Assembly: GCF_001194135.2 (NCBI RefSeq)
Contig: NC_068984.1
Location: 110,257,201-110,321,200, forward strand
Length of the DNA stretch: 64,000 nt
Direction: 5' to 3'
Origin: Octopus bimaculoides
Taxonomy: Eukaryota
Shown here: positions 46,711-60,459 of the stretch, in pieces
Position numbering within the stretch: position 1 is the stretch's first letter
How the letters are laid out: every line of letters starts with the position of its first letter
Notes under the pieces: generated by a model
What the model saw: the letters and a program-made list of their open reading frames with translations, nothing else
What the model was told of the DNA's origin: nothing
The model's database searches: none
Translations under genes and position numbers: made by a program

Positions 46711-46986
46711 ACTAGAATGTTATCTGTTGTATAATGCGTAGCTTTGAAAGTATACTTTTGCTACTATGGGTAATATTTTTTCAAAAAATGGTATACATAC
46801 AATAATTATAATCTAATTTTTATCAAATTTCATGGTGCTGGTATAAAATGCTGAAATGAATACTAATTTTCAAAAGAAAAATATTTATTGCTTTAAAATA
46901 GAATTGAATAAAACAATATCCAAAAATAATATAGAAATCCACACACACTTACTTGCTTCATTTTTCCCTCCATACTCTCTCTTTCT

Positions 46987-47071
<85 letters not shown>

Positions 47072-48767
47072 TATATACATACACTCTCTCTCTTCCTCTT
47101 CTGTCTACGATTCTTTCTCACTGTGGGCATGTAATATTCATTTACTCATTGCCAGACACCAAGCCCAATATATGCGCTTATCTTGTTCCTCTTGTGTTCA
47201 TTCTCCTAGCATCTTACTGTTACAGTCTCTCTTCCTCCGAATACCATGGAGAAATCAATCAATCAATCAATCAACCAATCAACATAAATATTAGCTATTC
47301 TTATTGAGAGATAACAGATCAAAGCATAAGAATAGAAAATATTACAAATGTCTAGACTTGTGTGGAGAACTGAGAAAATTCGATTTTGTACAAGAAAGAT
47401 ACAGCCAATTGAATTGATACCAGTCAACCGATTAAATTTGTAAAACTTGACCTCTGTACGAATTTACCAGTAAAGCATTGAAATAAATTCTTAACTTTTA
47501 GAACTTGTCTATGATGTCTGTTATTTCATTCGCTCAGTTTCTTAGAAGAGTAACAAAGTATTCATAATAATGAAAAAAAAAAAGTAACGAAGAAATAGTA
47601 CATGCAAATCAGATTTGTATTTAAAACTGAACTACCTGCTAAAGATAGGACAACAGGTATCACTTTATTCATAGTGGCAGTGTTAAATAATAATAGTCAA
47701 AATAATGATGTAAATAAACAAAAAATCGCTTAATATGTTCCCAGGAAGCATTTAAGGTGTTCTGCAATATGATATGACTAGAGTGTATCAGTCACACGAA
47801 AGATAACACTCTGGTTATATAATATTGTAGAGTCTGTGATTTTACGTAATTTGAATTTTTTCTCTGTCGCGATTATATCTAGTCGCCTTGGTTTTAATGG
47901 ATGGTCAGTTTCCTTAGAAATCTCACTCGATTTTGTAACATATATTAATGGATATGATTCTATTCATTATTGAAAAATTTGGTGCATTCTAGTCTAGTCA
48001 CTAGTATATATTTCCTTTGACTATACTTCAATATGGAAATCTTCTGCTATTGAACATCATTATAAATTAGGAAAACACACACACACACATACATACGCAG
48101 ACACACACACACGTACGCACGCGCGTGAACACACACAAACACACACACCACTCACCAAATTAATTAGGTGGAGAATAAAATTAAATTCAAATTAATCAAA
48201 TAAAGGGAAAGGGAACCCACAGCCATAAAATAGACGCAATGAAGAAGCAGGATAATACTTGACGATAAATCTATAAAAGAATATATAAAATCAAAGTTGA
48301 TTATGAAACTGCAAATTTATACATTTTGAAATTACATTTTTACTCTCGGAAAGGATTTAGCAGAATAGGAGTTGATATCTAAGTAATTCAGCAGAAACCA
48401 TCGAAAAAGTGACGTGACTCTAATTGGTCACTAGACCTGCCAACAGCCGTCTATCCCACAAATAAATTATCTTGAAAAAAAAACGGAATTATTCGATGTT
48501 GTAGTCCACGTTACACTGTAGCTGAGAATAAAAACACAGTGCCTCAAGAGGAACACATTTTATCATAGGCTGTTAGATCATAAATTAGCAGAGACTAAAT
48601 AGGAGCGAAAATATTTAGCACTGATTTAGGGTTTATAGTAATCTGAAATATACACTTAACGTTTTACTCGCAGCTCAAGGCCAACATATCTCTTCAAGAA
48701 ATTCCAAACAAAAATCAATTCTAAAAACGTAAAAGGCGTCGAATTTGTAAAAAGATACGAGACTTAC

Positions 48768-48900
48768 CTCTGTCCAAAACACACATCATATATGTACGCA
48801 TGGAAGCATTCTCCATTGCACATTATATCAGTAAAATGGAAATAAGAGACGTGGCAATAAAGAAAATCAGACAGCTTACAAACCCAATACAAGCGTAAAC
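48768..48900 (-). CDS. Candidate 133-nt exon, unidentified product
   Basis: Acceptor tcactttcccaag|G and a perfect donor GAG|GTAAGT. One frame is fully open: LRLYWVCKLSDFLYCHVSYFHFTDIMCNGECFHAYIYDVCFGQ. Confidence 0.3.
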
Positions 48901-49739
48901 CTTGGGAAAGTGATATTATGACACCAATGAGTGGCAACAAATGGTGGTGCTATTGCAGTTGTTGGTGTTTACCCACAGGTCAGCTCTGACCAAACAACTT
49001 GTACTGAATGGTGTTCAGACCATGATCATCACACATTCTGTCCAAACATTATATAATTAAAACATCATTACCCAATGTGTTTTTCTATTTATGAGATGGT
49101 AAGATATAGTGAGGTTCGGATTTGGCTGCTAAGTCTAGCAGGTCAACAAACCTCGTACAGGCATCCAAATTAGTAACAACTGTTTGCTCTACACATCCCA
49201 CATGAAGACGACCTCCTCAAAATTGTTGGCTTAGTTCCTAAATTAGAAACAATTAAATCACAGTCTGCAATAGAAAAAGGTTTATATTACTGCATGTTAT
49301 GGTGACACGGTAAATAGAAAAAAATATTGAGTACATCTAAGAATAGTATATTATGGAGGTCCTGTGTGCTACAAAACGTCTGATTAAATCTGCATCATGC
49401 GTTCATTTCTGTCGTCAGAAATTGTCGCCTGGTTGTAGTTTATTGCAAAAAATAAAATGAAATGTTAGTATTTTATGAAAATCATAATGCTTGAGTTTAA
49501 ATAGTAGGTCGAGTTACTTAAATTATTTTAGATACGATGTTTCTTTGTAATACACATGTTACAAAGCATTGATTTGTTAGTATAAAGTCCATCATGATTC
49601 ACATTTTACTAATTAATTGTCCTTCAAATTCCAAATATAACCGGAAAGAGGTAGGCTATTTCAATAGCCTTCGCTTCAGAAAGATGAGATGTGATAGTGA
49701 TAACATGTCTAAAAGTTTCTCTAACGTAATTAATGCTTT

Positions 49740-50000
49740 ATTGCCAATCTAGCGCTAACATCGGTTGTCAAATGATGGCGGGGGGTGGGGGTGGGGTGGA
49801 GACAAACACAGGCACCCATACACATAAACATACACATATACATATACGACGGATTTCTTTCGGTTTCCGTCTACCAAATCCACTCACAAAGCTTTGGTCA
49901 GCTATAGTAGAAGACGTTTGCCCAAGATGCCACGCAGTGGGACTGAACCCAGAACCATGTGGCTGGGAAGTAAACTTCTTACCGTGTAGCTACGCCTTCA
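49740..50000 (-). mobile_element. SINE family A, 5' two-thirds
   Basis: tacgacggatttctttcggtttccgtctaccaaatccactcacaaagctttggtc...gccacgcagtgggactgaacccagaaccatgtgg. Confidence 0.8.
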
Positions 50001-50001
50001 C

Positions 50002-50038
<37 letters not shown>

Positions 50039-50913
50039 ACAAATTCGAGGGAAGGGGTAAGTCGATTTACACAAACAACGGTGATCAACAGGCGCTTATT
50101 TTGTTAACCCCGAAAAGATGAAAGATGAAATTAACCTCAGCGGAATTTGAACTCAGACAGTAAAGACGCATGAAACTCCGATAAACATGTTGCCCCGTGT
50201 TCTGCCAACTCGCCGCCCCAGTCATCTGTAACATACTGATTTCAAATTTTGGTAAAAGGCCAGCAAATTTAGGGGATTACATCGACCTAGGGATCAAATG
50301 GCACTTATTTTATCACCGCTTTATTTTATCGTCTGTGTATATGAGTGGATGTACTTTCCACCTTTCTTTATGGGTATAAACGTTCGACTGGGAACATGCA
50401 AGAAGCCGATTTCAATGGTTATTTATCGGTTATATCAACTCCAGTAATTACTCTGCTATGAATCTTATCGAAGTTGTAAAGATATTGCTAAACACCGAAA
50501 CAAACGTATTTTGGTCTCATAAACCAAATCCTGCCATTATCGACATCTATATAAAGTCGATACTTAAAAAATGAATTTACCTTGAATCAAGACATATGAC
50601 ATTTGAAAGATCATGATATAAATAACTTGACTAACATTTTGGTCTTTACTGACTGCACTTGAGAAGCTTGTACAGCCTGTGCTCATATTACTGTGGCCTC
50701 TGAAATAACAAACACACTTCATCGTTACAACAATGGAAATTTTGGTACAAGAGGGCAGAATTAATTTCTAAGTGCCATTGTAAAACTAAGCTCATTTCCT
50801 CAAACCTCAACAGAGTCATTGAAGCAAACTTAATAAAACTCAAAAACAAGAAGGAAAAGATGAAGACTGGAGTGTGACTAAACAATGTGACTGTATTAGT
50901 TCATAGCTATATG

Positions 50914-50947
<34 letters not shown>

Positions 50948-51064
50948 TGCATATATTCATAACAGTGCATGTGAATGTGTGTTCACATATATATGTACGT
51001 GTGCCTGTGAGTGCGCAGTGTGTATCTGATTATCATTCCTCTTTGTCACTATGCATACACGCAG

Positions 51065-51100
<36 letters not shown>

Positions 51101-51157
51101 ATAATTGTAAGTCTATGAATTATGAATTTGCAAAACTAAGTATATCAATTTTATCAG

Positions 51158-51204
<47 letters not shown>

Positions 51205-51409
51205 GTATACTTATCACTTCCATTGTGTGTATATATGTATATAATAAATAATTCAAGATACACATTAAGTACAGGACATAACCAGCAAGTGAAAAATATG
51301 TAAACACAGAGAAAAGTACAAGGCAAGATACCAAAGGCAGTTTAACTCCTTCTCAGTTGTTGACTGTTTATTACTACCTGTTTCTAGCTTATCTTTTACC
51401 TGTTTCAAT

Positions 51410-51785
51410 AATGAGACTGCAGCCATGCTAAAGCACCACTTTGAAGAATTTCTTTTAGTTGGATGTGTCGACGCAAGTACTTAATTTTCAAAGCCTGGTA
51501 CTTATTCTATTGGTTTCTTTTGCCAGACTGCTAAGTTACACAGACGTAAGCACGTTAATGCCGATTGTTAAAAGGTGGTCAGGACAACGACAGACATGAC
51601 GACACACACACATATATATATATATACACATATATAAGATGGGCTTCTCTCAATTTCCGTCTACCAAATCCAGTCACAAGGTTTTGGATGGTCCAAGGCT
51701 ATAGTAAAAAATACTTGCCCATGGCGCCACGATATAGGAATGTGGTTGGGAAGCAAGCTATTTTACCACACAGCTACACCTGTGC
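51410..51785 (-). mobile_element. SINE family A, older copy
   Basis: ctgcagccatgctaaagcaccac...ggtacttattctattggtttcttttgcc...ttccgtctaccaaatcca...ttttaccacacagctacacctgtgcc. Confidence 0.7.
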
Positions 51786-52739
51786 CTATATNNNNNNNNN
51801 NNNNNNNNNNNNNNNNNNNNNNNNNNNNNNNNNNNNNNNNNNNNNNNNNNNNNNNNNNNNNNNNNNNNNNNNNNNNNNNNNNNNNNNNNNNNNNNNNNNN
51901 NNNNNNNNNNNNNNNNNNNNNNNNNNNNNNNNNNNNNNNNNNNNNNNNNNNNNNNNNNNNNNNNNNNNNNNNNNNNNNNNNNNNNNNNNNNNNNNNNNNN
52001 NNNNNNNNNNNNNNNNNNNNNNNNNNNNNNNNNNNNNNNNNNNNNNNNNNNNNNNNNNNNNNNNNNNNNNNNNNNNNNNNNNNNNNNNNNNNNNNNNNNN
52101 NNNNNNNNNNNNNNNNNNNNNNNNNNNNNNNNNNNNNNNNNNNNNNNNNNNNNNNNNNNNNNNNNNNNNNNNNNNNNNNNNNNNNNNNNNNNNNNNNNNN
52201 NNNNNNNNNNNNNNNNNNNNNNNNNNNNNNNNNNNNNNNNNNNNNNNNNNNNNNNNNNNNNNNNNNNNNNNNNNNNNNNNNNNNNNNNNNNNNNNNNNNN
52301 NNNNNNNNNNNNNNNNNNNNNNNNNNNNNNNNNNNNNNNNNNNNNNNNNNNNNNNNNNNNNNNNNNNNNNNNNNNNNNNNNNNNNNNNNNNNNNNNNNNN
52401 NNNNNNNNNNNNNNNNNNNNNNNNNNNNNNNNNNNNNNNNNNNNNNNNNNNNNNNNNNNNNNNNNNNNNNNNNNNNNNNNNNNNNNNNNNNNNNNNNNNN
52501 NNNNNNNNNNNNNNNNNNNNNNNNNNNNNNNNNNNNNNNNNNNNNNNNNNNNNNNNNNNNNNNNNNNNNNNNNNNNNNNNNNNNNNNNNNNNNNNNNNNN
52601 NNNNNNNNNNNNNNNNNNNNNNNNNNNNNNNNNNNNNNNNNNNNNNNNNNNNNNNNNNNNNNNNNNNNNNNNNNNNNNNNNNNNNNNNNNNNNNNNNNNN
52701 NNNNNNNNNNNNNNNNNNNNNNNNNNNNNNNNNNNNNNN

Positions 52740-52817
<78 letters not shown>

Positions 52818-53154
52818 ATATATAACTGAAAGAATCTCTCCCTTACTTTGAAATGCCAAAATAATGTTGACAACATTTCATGAAAGATCTTGTATCCACT
52901 CCAGACTTCTAGATAAAATGTATTGCGTGAAGTAAAGAGTTATGCCCTTTGCATGTCTTTAGTAGAGTCCACTCTGTTGTACGCGTTCCCCAACTAAGGA
53001 TGTTGACATCTTGATGCATTGCTCTTTACTGCAGTGACCATTGATTCATTCTTCCTTCTACCATTGCAGTATTTCTACCATTTCTGCAGTTTGAAACGGA
53101 AAGAGATGCTGCTAACCATCCTGTCTGACATGCGAACGTTTCTTTTTATTTATT

Positions 53155-53400
53155 TTTTTTCTTTATTTTTTTTTCTTTATTGCCCACAAGGGGCTAAACA
53201 TAGAGGGGACAAACAAGGACAGACGAAGGGATTAAGTCGATTACATCGACCCCAGTGTGTAACTGGTACTTAATTTATCGACCCTGAAAGGATGAAAGGC
53301 AAAGTCGACCTCGGCGGAATTTGAACTCAGAACGTAGCGGCAGACGAAATATCGCTAAGCATTTCGCCCGGCATGCTAACGTTACTGTCAGCTCACCACC
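53155..53400 (-). mobile_element. SINE family C, full length, CpG-intact, tail type 1
   Basis: ctttattgcccacaaggggctaaacatagaggggacaaacaagg...aaaggcaaagtcgacctcggcggaatttgaactcagaacg is the reverse complement of 28456-28689. Confidence 0.9.
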
Positions 53401-53403
53401 TTT

Positions 53404-53445
<42 letters not shown>

Positions 53446-54164
53446 NNNNNNNNNNNNNNNNNNNNNNNNNNNNNNNNNNNNNNNNNNNNNNNNNNNNNNN
53501 NNNNNNNNNNNNNNNNNNNNNNNNNNNNNNNNNNNNNNNNNNNNNNNNNNNNNNNNNNNNNNNNNNNNNNNNNNNNNNNNNNNNNNNNNNNNNNNNNNNN
53601 NNNNNNNNNNNNNNNNNNNNNNNNNNNNNNNNNNNNNNNNNNNNNNNNNNNNNNNNNNNNNNNNNNNNNNNNNNNNNNNNNNNNNNNNNNNNNNNNNNNN
53701 NNNNNNNNNNNNNNNNNNNNNNNNNNNNNNNNNNNNNNNNNNNNNNNNNNNNNNNNNNNNNNNNNNNNNNNNNNNNNNNNNNNNNNNNNNNNNNNNNNNN
53801 NNNNNNNNNNNNNNNNNNNNNNNNNNNNNNNNNNNNNNNNNNNNNNNNNNNNNNNNNNNNNNNNNNNNNNNNNNNNNNNNNNNNNNNNNNNNNNNNNNNN
53901 NNNNNNNNNNNNNNNNNNNNNNNNNNNNNNNNNNNNNNNNNNNNNNNNNNNNNNNNNNNNNNNNNNNNNNNNNNNNNNNNNNNNNNNNNNNNNNNNNNNN
54001 NNNNNNNNNNNNNNNNNNNNNNNNNNNNNNNNNNNNNNNNNNNNNNNNNNNNNNNNNNNNNNNNNNNNNNNNNNNNNNNNNNNNNNNNNNNNNNNNNNNN
54101 NNNNNNNNNNNNNNNNNNNNNNNNNNNNNNNNNNNNNNNNNNNNNNNNNNNNNNNNNNNNNNNN

Positions 54165-54193
54165 AAGAAGAAGAAGAAGAAGAAGAAGAAGAA

Positions 54194-54225
<32 letters not shown>

Positions 54226-54310
54226 ATAAGAAGAAGAAGAGGAAAAAGAAGAAGAAGAAGAAGAAGAAGAAGAAGAAGAAGAAGAAGACGACGAAGAATA
54301 AGAATAATAA
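54165..54310. repeat. (GAA)n microsatellite
   Basis: Direct inspection. Confidence 0.95.
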
Positions 54311-54711
54311 TGATTTCATTTATTTGCTATGAGGACAGAACATGACGGGGACAATACAGAGATAGCCATAAAGTGTGGGGTTTTACATATAACAATGAAA
54401 CGATAAAGAAAAATGTATACACTGGGAAAGAGGAGACAGATGCATAGAATACAGAGGTACAAAAAAAAAAGCCCTGATACAGTATCAGGCAGTGGCCCTC
54501 ATGGCTTCTCATCTTAACTGATTGGAAGTGTTATCATGTACATGTTTTTTTTTCCTTGGTGCCACTGCAGGGCCACCAGGCACATCGTATATAGAAGTAC
54601 TTTCCGTAGAGTAGAAATATACACATTGAAAGAAATGACAGGACATATCCAAGGCACACCGAGAGAGCACTGCCTGATAGTGCAGTGAAAGCATGCAGCA
54701 AAAATAAGTTG

Positions 54712-54766
<55 letters not shown>

Positions 54767-54774
54767 TAATGATA

Positions 54775-55206
54775 ATAATAAAAAATGCTTTCTAATTGAT
54801 GTATCAATACCAGCAGATGACAACATTTCCCTAAAAGAAATGGANNNNNNNNNNNNNNNNNNNNNNNNNNNNNNNNNNNNNNNNNNNNNNNNNNNNNNNN
54901 NNNNNNNNNNNNNNNNNGGAAATAGAGGTAATTCGAATGTGGAATCTAAAAACAGAAACAATTCCTATCATAGTAGGTGCCTCAGGTATAATAAAAAAAT
55001 ATTCAGACAAATACATAACAAAAACACCAGGACTTACAAATATATATAACATACAGAAAATTGCACTACTGGGCACTGCACACATCCTACGCAAAACACT
55101 TTCAATACAGTAACCATAAGAGTATCACAGCAAACCACAGCACATACCCAAGGCGCAGCGCTCGGTAGTGAAGTGAAAGCACATTATAAAAATAAAACTA
55201 CTGAAC
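54775..55206 (+). mobile_element. R4/Dong-clade RLE C-terminus and 3' UTR (interrupted by gap)
   Basis: KKCFLIDVSIPADDNISLKEM-[gap]-EIEVIRMWNLKTETIPIIVGASGII...IQKIALLGTAHILRKTLSIQ*; (AAT)n on both sides. Confidence 0.85.
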
Positions 55207-55252
55207 AATAATAATAATAATAATAATAATAATGATGTTGATGATGATGATG

Positions 55253-55296
<44 letters not shown>

Positions 55297-55479
55297 CAAT
55301 TGAAAAAATAAATTATTTGATCAACTGAAAGAAAAACCAAAGATTTAATGTCAATCAAGGAGTGGCTGTTAAATTTTGGCAAGGGAGAATTTCTCTCGTA
55401 AACTCGTTAACATCTAGCCAAGACGGAATAATTGTAGCATCAGTTTTTGCTTTTTTTCTTCTTCTGTTTGTTGCAGTGA

Positions 55480-57330
55480 TGAAGATGATGATAGTAGTAG
55501 TAGTGATGATGATGATGTAGTAGTAGTGATGATGATCATGATGATGATGATGTTGTTGTTGATGATGATGATGACGATAAGTCGGTGGATAACCATGGTA
55601 TTCAGTATAAGTTGGAAGCAGGGCAAGTGAAATGATGAAGATAACGATCGCAAAAGTGATATCATTGAGATATAAACTAGTCATGAAAAGAATCAACTAA
55701 ATTGCAATGATGGTGATGTTGATGATGATGCTGATGGTGGTGGTGGTGGTGGTGATGCTGGTGATGGTGGTGGAGGTGGTAGTGGTGGCGATGGTGGTGA
55801 TGGTGGTAGTGGCAGTGGTGGCGGTGGTAGCGGTGGTGATAACAGTGTTAGTGGTGGGGATGATGATGATGATGAGGAGGAGGAGGAGGGTGAAGAAGAA
55901 AAGGAAGTGGAAGAGGGAGAGGAAGAGATCAAAGTGGGAGATAAGAGAGGAGAACAGGGGGAAGAAGGATAGAAAGAGAAGGAAAGAGAAGAGAAGGAGG
56001 AAAGAGAAGAGGAAGTTAAGGAAGAGGAATGAAGATAGGGAGTTGTGGAAGGAGGAGGAAGAGGAAAGGAAGAAGTGGAGGATAAAGAGGATAATAGCAG
56101 GAGTAGTGCTCTAAGTGCAGTGATGGTAGCCATGAATGTGAAGCAGTGATGTTTGTGTTGTTGATCGTTGTGATGATGATGATGGTAGTGGTGATGATAG
56201 TGGTGGTAATGCTAGTTGATAGTAATGGTGGTGGTGGTGGTGGTGGTGGTGGTAGTAGTATCATCATCATCATCATCATCATCATTGCCATAGTGGTTGT
56301 GGTGGTGGTGGTGGTGGTAGTGGTTGGTAGCATGGTTAAATAATCTTAGCAGGAAGAACATTTATGAAGACAGTTGTTTGGTAATGAAAAAAATAAATNN
56401 NNNNNNNNNNNNNNNNNNNNNNNNNNNNNNNNNNNNNNNNNNNNNNNNNNNNNNNNNNNNNNNNNNNNNNNNNNNNNNNNNNNNNNNNNNNNNNNNNNNN
56501 NNNNNNNNNNNNNNNNNNNNNNNNNNNNNNNNNNNNNNNNNNNNNNNNNNNNNNNNNNNNNNNNNNNNNNNNNNNNNNNNNNNNNNNNNNNNNNNNNNNN
56601 NNNNNNNNNNNNNAAAAGAATAAGGAGGAGGAGGGGGAGGAGGGGAGAGGAAGGAGGGGGAGAGGAAGGAAGAGATGGAGAGGAATGAGGAGGAAGAGGG
56701 GGAAGAAGGAAAAGAAGAGGAAGATGATGAAGAAGAAGAAGAAGAAGAAGAAGAAGAAGAAGAAGAAGAAGAAGAAGGATGAGGAGGACAAGAAAGAGAA
56801 AAAGAAGTGAAACAACAAGGGCAACACTGACAACAACAACAATGAAAATTGAAGTAGAAAAATGAAGAAGCAGCAAAAGAAGTAAAAGGAGGAGGAGAGG
56901 TGGTGAAGAAGGAGGAGGAGGAGGAGAAGGAAGAGAAGAAGACGATAAAAAGAAGGAGTAGGAGAAGAAGACAAAAAAGAAGGAGTAGGAGGAGGAGAAG
57001 AAAACAAAAAGGAGGAGGAAGAGGAGACAAAAAAGAAGGAGGAGGAGGAGGAGAAGAAAACAAAAAATGAGGAGGAGGATGTGGAGAAGGAGAAAGAGAA
57101 GTAGAAGAAATAGAAGAAGAAGTAGAAGAAGAAGAAGAAGAAGAAGAAGAAGAAGAAGAAACAACAACAATAACAACAACAAACAACAACAGCAACAGCA
57201 ACAAGAATAAGAAGAAGGAAAGAAAGAAGAAGATGGTGCAGAAGAAGAAGAATGAAAAATAAAGAATGAAGTAGAAGAGAAGAGTCAGAAATGGAAAAGG
57301 AAGAAATTAAAATGAAAAAAAACAAAAGTT
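55480..57330. repeat. Mosaic trinucleotide repeat field (GAT/GTA/GGT/GAG/GAA)
   Basis: Direct inspection; the + strand is strongly purine-rich. Confidence 0.9.
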
Positions 57331-57351
57331 ACAGAGAGGAAAATGTAGAAG

Positions 57352-57745
57352 AGAGTGGCTGTGTGGTAAGTAGCTTGCTTACCAACCACATGGTCCCGGG
57401 TTCAGTCCCACTGCGTGGCATCTTGGGCAAGTGTCTTCTACTATAGCCTCGGGCCGACCAAAGCCTTGTGAGTGGATTTGGTAGACGGAAACTGAAAGAA
57501 GCCCGTCGTATATATGTATATATATATATATATATATAAGTATGTGTGTTTGTGTGCGTGTGTTTGTCCCCCCACTATCGCTTGACAACCGATGCTGGTG
57601 TGTTTATGTCACTGTAACTTAGCGGTTCGGCAAAAGAGACCGATAGAATAAGTACTAGACTTCTAAAGAATAAGTCCTGGGGTCGATTTGCTCGACTAAA
57701 GGTGGTGCTCCAGCATGGCCACAGTCAAAAGACAGAAACAAGTAA
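57352..57745 (+). mobile_element. SINE family A, full length, CpG-intact
   Basis: gagtggctgtgtggtaagtagcttgcttaccaaccacatggtcccgggttcagtcccactgcgtggcatcttgggcaagtgtctt...ggtgctccagcatggccacagtc; tail (AGTAAAAT)n. Confidence 0.9.
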
Positions 57746-58276
57746 AATAGTAAAATAGTAAAATAGTAGATATCAGTTATCAGATAAAACAAAAAAAAAA
57801 AGTATTATTTCAAACACTAATCTAATGATTGAATATTGATGGTGGAAGGGAGGGTAATTTAAGCTTTTTCTTATTTGTTTATGAATTTATTTATATAACG
57901 TATTTCAGTTTTTAAAAATTTTTTATTATCATCATCATCACAGACACACACACACGTGTTCACTCATACATAGACTTGTATACATTCGGAGGAAATAAAC
58001 ACACAGAATGCATATGTACTAAACCATAACACATTCATGCTTACTCACACACATAAATACATGCGGACATGTGTATAGAATAAACAACGAAAAGCAGCAT
58101 AATTTCGTAATAAAAAAAAAATATTTGGAAAGAATTAAGAGACGTAGTTTGTTTGTATTGCGAGTAATATCATCTTGTCTCCTTCCATGTATGTCATTAT
58201 CTGTTTCTTAAAGAAATCCTTTATAGCAAAAGAAAATAAAGTATATAGACATATACACACCAATATATATGTATAT

Positions 58277-58313
<37 letters not shown>

Positions 58314-59904
58314 NNNNNNNNNNNNNNNNNNNNNNNNNNNNNNNNNNNNNNNNNNNNNNNNNNNNNNNNNNNNNNNNNNNNNNNNNNNNNNNNNNNNNNN
58401 NNNNNNNNNNNNNNNNNNNNNNNNNNNNNNNNNNNNNNNNNNNNNNNNNNNNNNNNNNNNNNNNNNNNNNNNNNNNNNNNNNNNNNNNNNNNNNNNNNNN
58501 NNNNNNNNNNNNNNNNNNNNNNNNNNNNNNNNNNNNNNNNNNNNNNNNNNNNNNNNNNNNNNNNNNNNNNNNNNNNNNNNNNNNNNNNNNNNNNNNNNNN
58601 NNNNNNNNNNNNNNNNNNNNNNNNNNNNNNNNNNNNNNNNNNNNNNNNNNNNNNNNNNNNNNNNNNNNNNNNNNNNNNNNNNNNNNNNNNNNNNNNNNNN
58701 NNNNNNNNNNNNNNNNNNNNNNNNNNNNTATATGTAGAAGCCTGTAGAAGCCTGTAGAAGCCAGAAATCCAGGATTTGGAATTATCTTGTTATTTTTACT
58801 GGTTTATTTGGTCTTCGTCTTCGCTACTCGTGCTATGTGGACATTTATTGTGGTTTTAGAGTCAGGATTTGACTGCTATTTTTCAGCGTGGTGGTATCTC
58901 TTAGATACCCTGTATTATAATTTAAAATAATTATTACCTTTGATGGTTTTTATTCCCATGCTGACCACTTGATAGGATCAATATTTTAAATATTGATCTT
59001 ATCCTTATTTATATAAATATATATATGTAGATGTAGGTATCTATATATACATGCATATGCTTATATATCATTTGTATTATATCTATATATATACAGACAC
59101 ATAAACATTTGTATTTATATTTGTTTAAATGTATATATAAATATATGCATATGTATATGTGTATAAATATATATGTATATATATGTGTGTGTGTGTATAT
59201 ATATATATACATACATATAAACATTTTTTAAAAATGAAAGGAACTTGTAATTTATTTAAACAGATGTTACTTCTTAATTTGGTGTGTGGTGGTGGTGGAG
59301 ATGGTAGTGACACTGGTAAGTGGGTGGGGCCAATGGTAAAATAGCAAGTTGTCAATTGCAAGTTACTACTATGATGACAAATAAACATAGCTTTAAGACT
59401 CAACTGCAGTATTTTAATCGTTGAAGGTTGAAGGTATTTAGACCTTGTGGTTAGGATGCTGCATTCATGATCATAAAATAATGCTTTCAGTTCCAAGACT
59501 GTGTTGCACATTGTGCTCTTTTGCTAAATACATTCTTCTGGTCTATTAAGTTGTGAAATTCATTCGGGCAATAGCTGTGAAGTTAACCCTGCAATGGACT
59601 AGCATTCCGTTCAGTGGACAGGGGTTGTTATCTCAGTTACTTATACACCATAGAAAATGGGTTGAGCTCTGCCCTTATAAGTTCTAAGGTTCATGGCAAA
59701 GTTAAGTCAATGTGATTTACAGTCATAATAGCCTTTTTTCAAATTTTGGTACAGGACCAACAAGTTCAGGGGAGGATGTCACTTGATTACATTGATTCCA
59801 GTGTTAAAATGGTTCTTATTTTATAAACCCTAAAATGATGAATGGCAAAGTCGACCTCGGAAGAATTTGATATTTACTGTATTGGTATCAGTAAATTGGT
59901 TAAG

Positions 59905-60095
59905 ACATCAAGCTGGCAGAATCATTCCTACACTGCAAAAATTGCTAAGTGGTATTTCTTCTAACATTGGGTTGTGAGTTCAAATGCTGCTGGGGTTGAT
60001 GTTGCCTTTTGCTCTTTCAGAATCAATAAAATAGGTACCAGTTGAACACTGGGGTCGATGTAATTGACTTGCCCATCTCCTTCAAAATTAGTAAC
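59905..60095 (+). mobile_element. SINE family C copy, CpG-decayed
   Basis: caagctggcagaatc...gagttcaaatgctgctggggttgatgttgcc...aataggtaccagttgaacactggggtcgatgtaattgac. Confidence 0.7.
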
Positions 60096-60233
60096 TTTGT
60101 TAAGGTGGCAACTGGCCAAGGCCTGTAGTAGAAGACACTTACCTGAAGTGCTGTTCAATTGGAGTTAACCAAAAACCACATGGTTGTAAAGCTAGGCTGT
60201 TAACCACACAGCCGTGCTATGCCTATACACATG

Positions 60234-60266
<33 letters not shown>

Positions 60267-60459
60267 CTATATAAAATGGACTATATACTTGTTGTAATTT
60301 AGTTATCTATAGATAAGTAAATTACAACAGGTATATAGTCCATTTTTTTATATTATAGTGCATTGTTGTACCATTCAAAACTTTTTATTCATTACAATCA
60401 ATACACAATGCTTCAAGCGAACTACAATACTCTCCTATATATATATACACACGCCATTC

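Noticed and set aside
48768-48900. Resemblance of KLS and ASMR patches to the Kv channel S4-S5 linker
   Set aside because: The patches are in different frames with wrong spacing, and no periodic Arg series is present.
55707-56114. 135-aa Arg/Lys/Glu-rich ORF
   Set aside because: It is a translation of GGT/GAG/GAA repeat mosaic.
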